DNA of 64,000 nucleotides from Oculina patagonica (Eukaryota): NCBI RefSeq assembly GCF_052425735.1, contig NC_135758.1, positions 29,636,001 to 29,700,000 of the forward strand, read 5' to 3'. Shown piece by piece: positions 61,211 to 64,000 of this stretch (position 1 is its first letter; each line of letters starts with the position of its first letter). The notes under the pieces were generated by a model. It saw only the letters and a program-made list of their open reading frames with translations, ran no database searches and was not told where the DNA came from. The position numbers and the translations under genes were made by a program.

Positions 61211-63227
61211 GTGTTATTTCAATATCAACACTGTGATGGAAAAATATAATTATAAGTTTCAAAATTTTAAGCACCCTTTAATTTTTTTTTTTTAATTGGC
61301 ATTTTCAAAAATTCACGGTGGTTTGTCATTTATTGCTAATCATGTTGTCCTGAGATGACTTAGAAGTACATGTAACCGCTCAGGAATGGTTCACAGTGGA
61401 ACTCGGGGTATGCTGATTGGTTTTGGCTCAGTTACAATTGTATATGTGATGTCTCGACTCCAGAAAACAACAAACGGTAAGGGGCAATCAAAACAGTAAT
61501 TACTGGCCGGTGCCTGATTAAAAGCCTTTTTGCAAATAAAAGTCGGATTAAAAGCGGTCAAATAAAACGTTGTTGAAAATTTCTTTTAATGTTTAATGAC
61601 CATCCTCCGCTTTTATTTTGCACAGATTGAACATTCTCAGAATTAAACGCAATTTCCTGACACCAACTGCGTTGTGTAAACACGAGTCTTAAAAATTCGC
61701 AATCAGAAAAGAACCCGCGTTTTTCTTCAGGTGGATTCGGTGACAAAAACATCACATTTACACATACACAAAAACGACGGGTGAATCTTTCGCGGACAGT
61801 TTTTCCCTTGATGATGTATAGAATCACGGAGGAAAAACGACCTGATAGGTAGGCCCATGCTTCTTAATATTTGAATAGCGTGAACAAAAGAACTGAACAC
61901 GGACGCGAGTAAAGAGAGCAGACATTGTGTTTGATCATGATATAATTGAGCTTCAGAACTACTGAAGGCAGAATCCTTTCACAGTCGCTTTCGTTTCGAT
62001 TCGCTTTTCGATTCAGATTAAAGGCCGTGGGAGAGAGTGTTGATCCGTGATCGTAATCCGTGAAAGGCCTTTTTTCCTTCGTGAATTGTGAAATGGCTAT
62101 GCTTTTTCCCGCGAAACGTGATCGAGAGGGTTAAAAGGTTTTTACGTGATCCGTAAAGGCCTTTTTCCATCGTAAATCGTGAAATGGCTATTTTATTTTT
62201 TGTGAAACGCGATTTAGACCCCCTTTACCACTGTCACAGGAAATATGGGGAGTGAGAAAATTAATGTTTTCTTTAATTTCTGAAGGTGAAATTTCCATAA
62301 GGAAAGAAATTAGTGCTCATCGTGAAAATGTAATAACATCAAGTTACCATAGCAACCTGTTTTATTTTGTGTTATTTGTTTTCTGACTCGCCTGACTTCC
62401 AGTATTGTTTGCAGTTTTTATTTCACATGCGTAACCATTTAATAAGACATTTAATAAGCTTCTTACTTATATAGAGGATAAAACATGATGTTGCGACTGA
62501 GGGGTCTTAGATTCCGGCAATGTTATCGGAAATGAACTAACTAACCCTAAGTAGGGTGCACAAATAGCTTGTCCTGTTGCCTATATGTGAATAATTGTGT
62601 ATACACCTAATTGCAATGGGGTTGTCATAGAAAAAAAGGAAAAAGGAAAAAGTCAAATAGGAATAAATTAAGCGCATGCATGAAATTTATACGTCCAAAC
62701 GGCCTTAAAATGCCTCAGTAAATGCTATCAGTTATGAAACTACACTAATTCATTCCTATTTAAAATTAGGTGTATATACTAGTAGTTAGCATAAACTGGG
62801 CCTGAGAGTCATTTCTTCAGTCTTAGGTTGCTTTCACTAACAGAGAAGAAATTCTCACTCAGTTTAAATAATCAGTCATATTTATTTTAAATGAGAAAAT
62901 TTTAGACAAACTTGATAACGAGCCACACAAAGTCTAGATCTTTGATCGATACTAAGACTAACGTCTATGTCGAACTTGTTTTGTCAAAATCATGTTCAGT
63001 CTTTCACTGAACATGATTTGAAGGAAAGGTCATTCATTACAGTGGTTAACATCATATTTAAAACCCATCTTTTGTTTTTTTCACACTGAGTTAAAACCTT
63101 TTTTTCAATATTTCAAACATTCAACGGTAGAGATGATGTCAAAGTTGTTTGCCAAAATCAGGGTTCACTTTGACTGCATCCGAAAACTCTTTTGAACAGG
63201 CGAAGATCATTAAAGTGATTAACATTA

Positions 63228-63461
63228 GAGGCCCTGTTAGAGGGTTCTGAATAATCCATAATCCTGGGTAGTTTTTAGAAATAATTCGTATCCCAATTTT
63301 GTAAAAAAATATCCCTAAAGATAATGACAGATAACAATCTGCAATTTTAAAATGCAACACAAATAATCCGTAATTCTTAAATTTGGTGGCTTCCAAGTTC
63401 CGCATAATCCATATCGCTTCTCTCCAAATAATCCATAATTCTAAAACCCTAACACGGCCTC
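63228..63461. mobile_element. Small TIR element
   Basis: GAGGCC.TGTTAG.GG / CCCTAACACGGCCTC termini, flanked by ACATTA on both sides. Internal ATAATCC subrepeats. Confidence 0.6.
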
Positions 63462-64000
63462 ACATTATGTTTTGAACCATCTTTTCTTTTTTCCACACCG
63501 AGTCATTAAAACCTCTCTTTCTTTAAGCACAGGCAATTTAGTGTCGATGATCATCTATACAAAGACAGCTGCTTCAGCTTGTCACATTGTTACTGAGCGG
63601 CGATTAGACAAGTTTACTTCTCATGACTTCAAACGAAACTAACAGGATTTGCGCTTAATTTGAGTCAATCTTCCACCACTGATTCACGTTGTAATCGTGT
63701 AAGAAAAACTTGACAAGTTCCAGTTCTGAAGAAACTACAGTTCAATTTTCGCGCTCAGTTAGCGACAGTACTGATCGTCAAAGGTAATATAGCAGTTATG
63801 AACAAATTTGGGAAAAATTCAGAACAGTGGGCTGAGCCTGTTCTCCGTAACCACACAGACAGGTAAATGAACGTATTACTGGTTATTTTTTGTTGTTTAT
63901 TTATGTTAAAGGGTGATCAAATATTCCTATCTGTCGATCTGATCAGGACCTACTCTGAAAATCACATTCGGTTTGTTAAGAGCCAGGTTATTAGTAAATG

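Noticed and set aside
53500-64000. Scattered plus-strand splice-like sites and short ORFs
   Set aside because: No in-phase coding chain or recognisable domain could be assembled; at most non-coding exons.

Overview
AT-rich animal genomic DNA with spliceosomal introns. The repeat landscape suggests a cnidarian, probably a stony coral (inference). Three conserved spliced genes are recognisable: LYSMD3/4-like (+, 19277-21158), SNAPC3 (-, 32956-38559) and BTBD1/2-like BTB-BACK-PHR (+, 38879-42504, head-to-head with SNAPC3). The most notable element lies between LYSMD and SNAPC3: a tandem array of four intronless minus-strand paralogs of ~200 aa (23647-32118). By eye they look like SLATT-family two-transmembrane effectors, a domain best known from bacterial nucleotide-signalling and anti-phage defence systems. 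All four start with an MGxxxS N-myristoylation motif. Three have a positionally conserved IRF/ISRE-type GAAANNGAAA element 45-70 bp upstream of the ATG. One copy is interrupted by a retroelement tail. Together this suggests an inducible, membrane-targeted innate immune effector family of bacterial-defence type in a basal animal; this is an inference that needs an HMM or structure search. A candidate orphan small membrane-protein gene lies at 14618-16391. The rest is MITEs (TTAA, TA, TWA/CWG and 9-bp TSD classes), RTE-LINE and Penelope fragments (with minimal hammerhead ribozyme motifs), tRNA-derived SINEs, simple repeats and two N gaps. All domain calls were made by eye from memory; no search was run.
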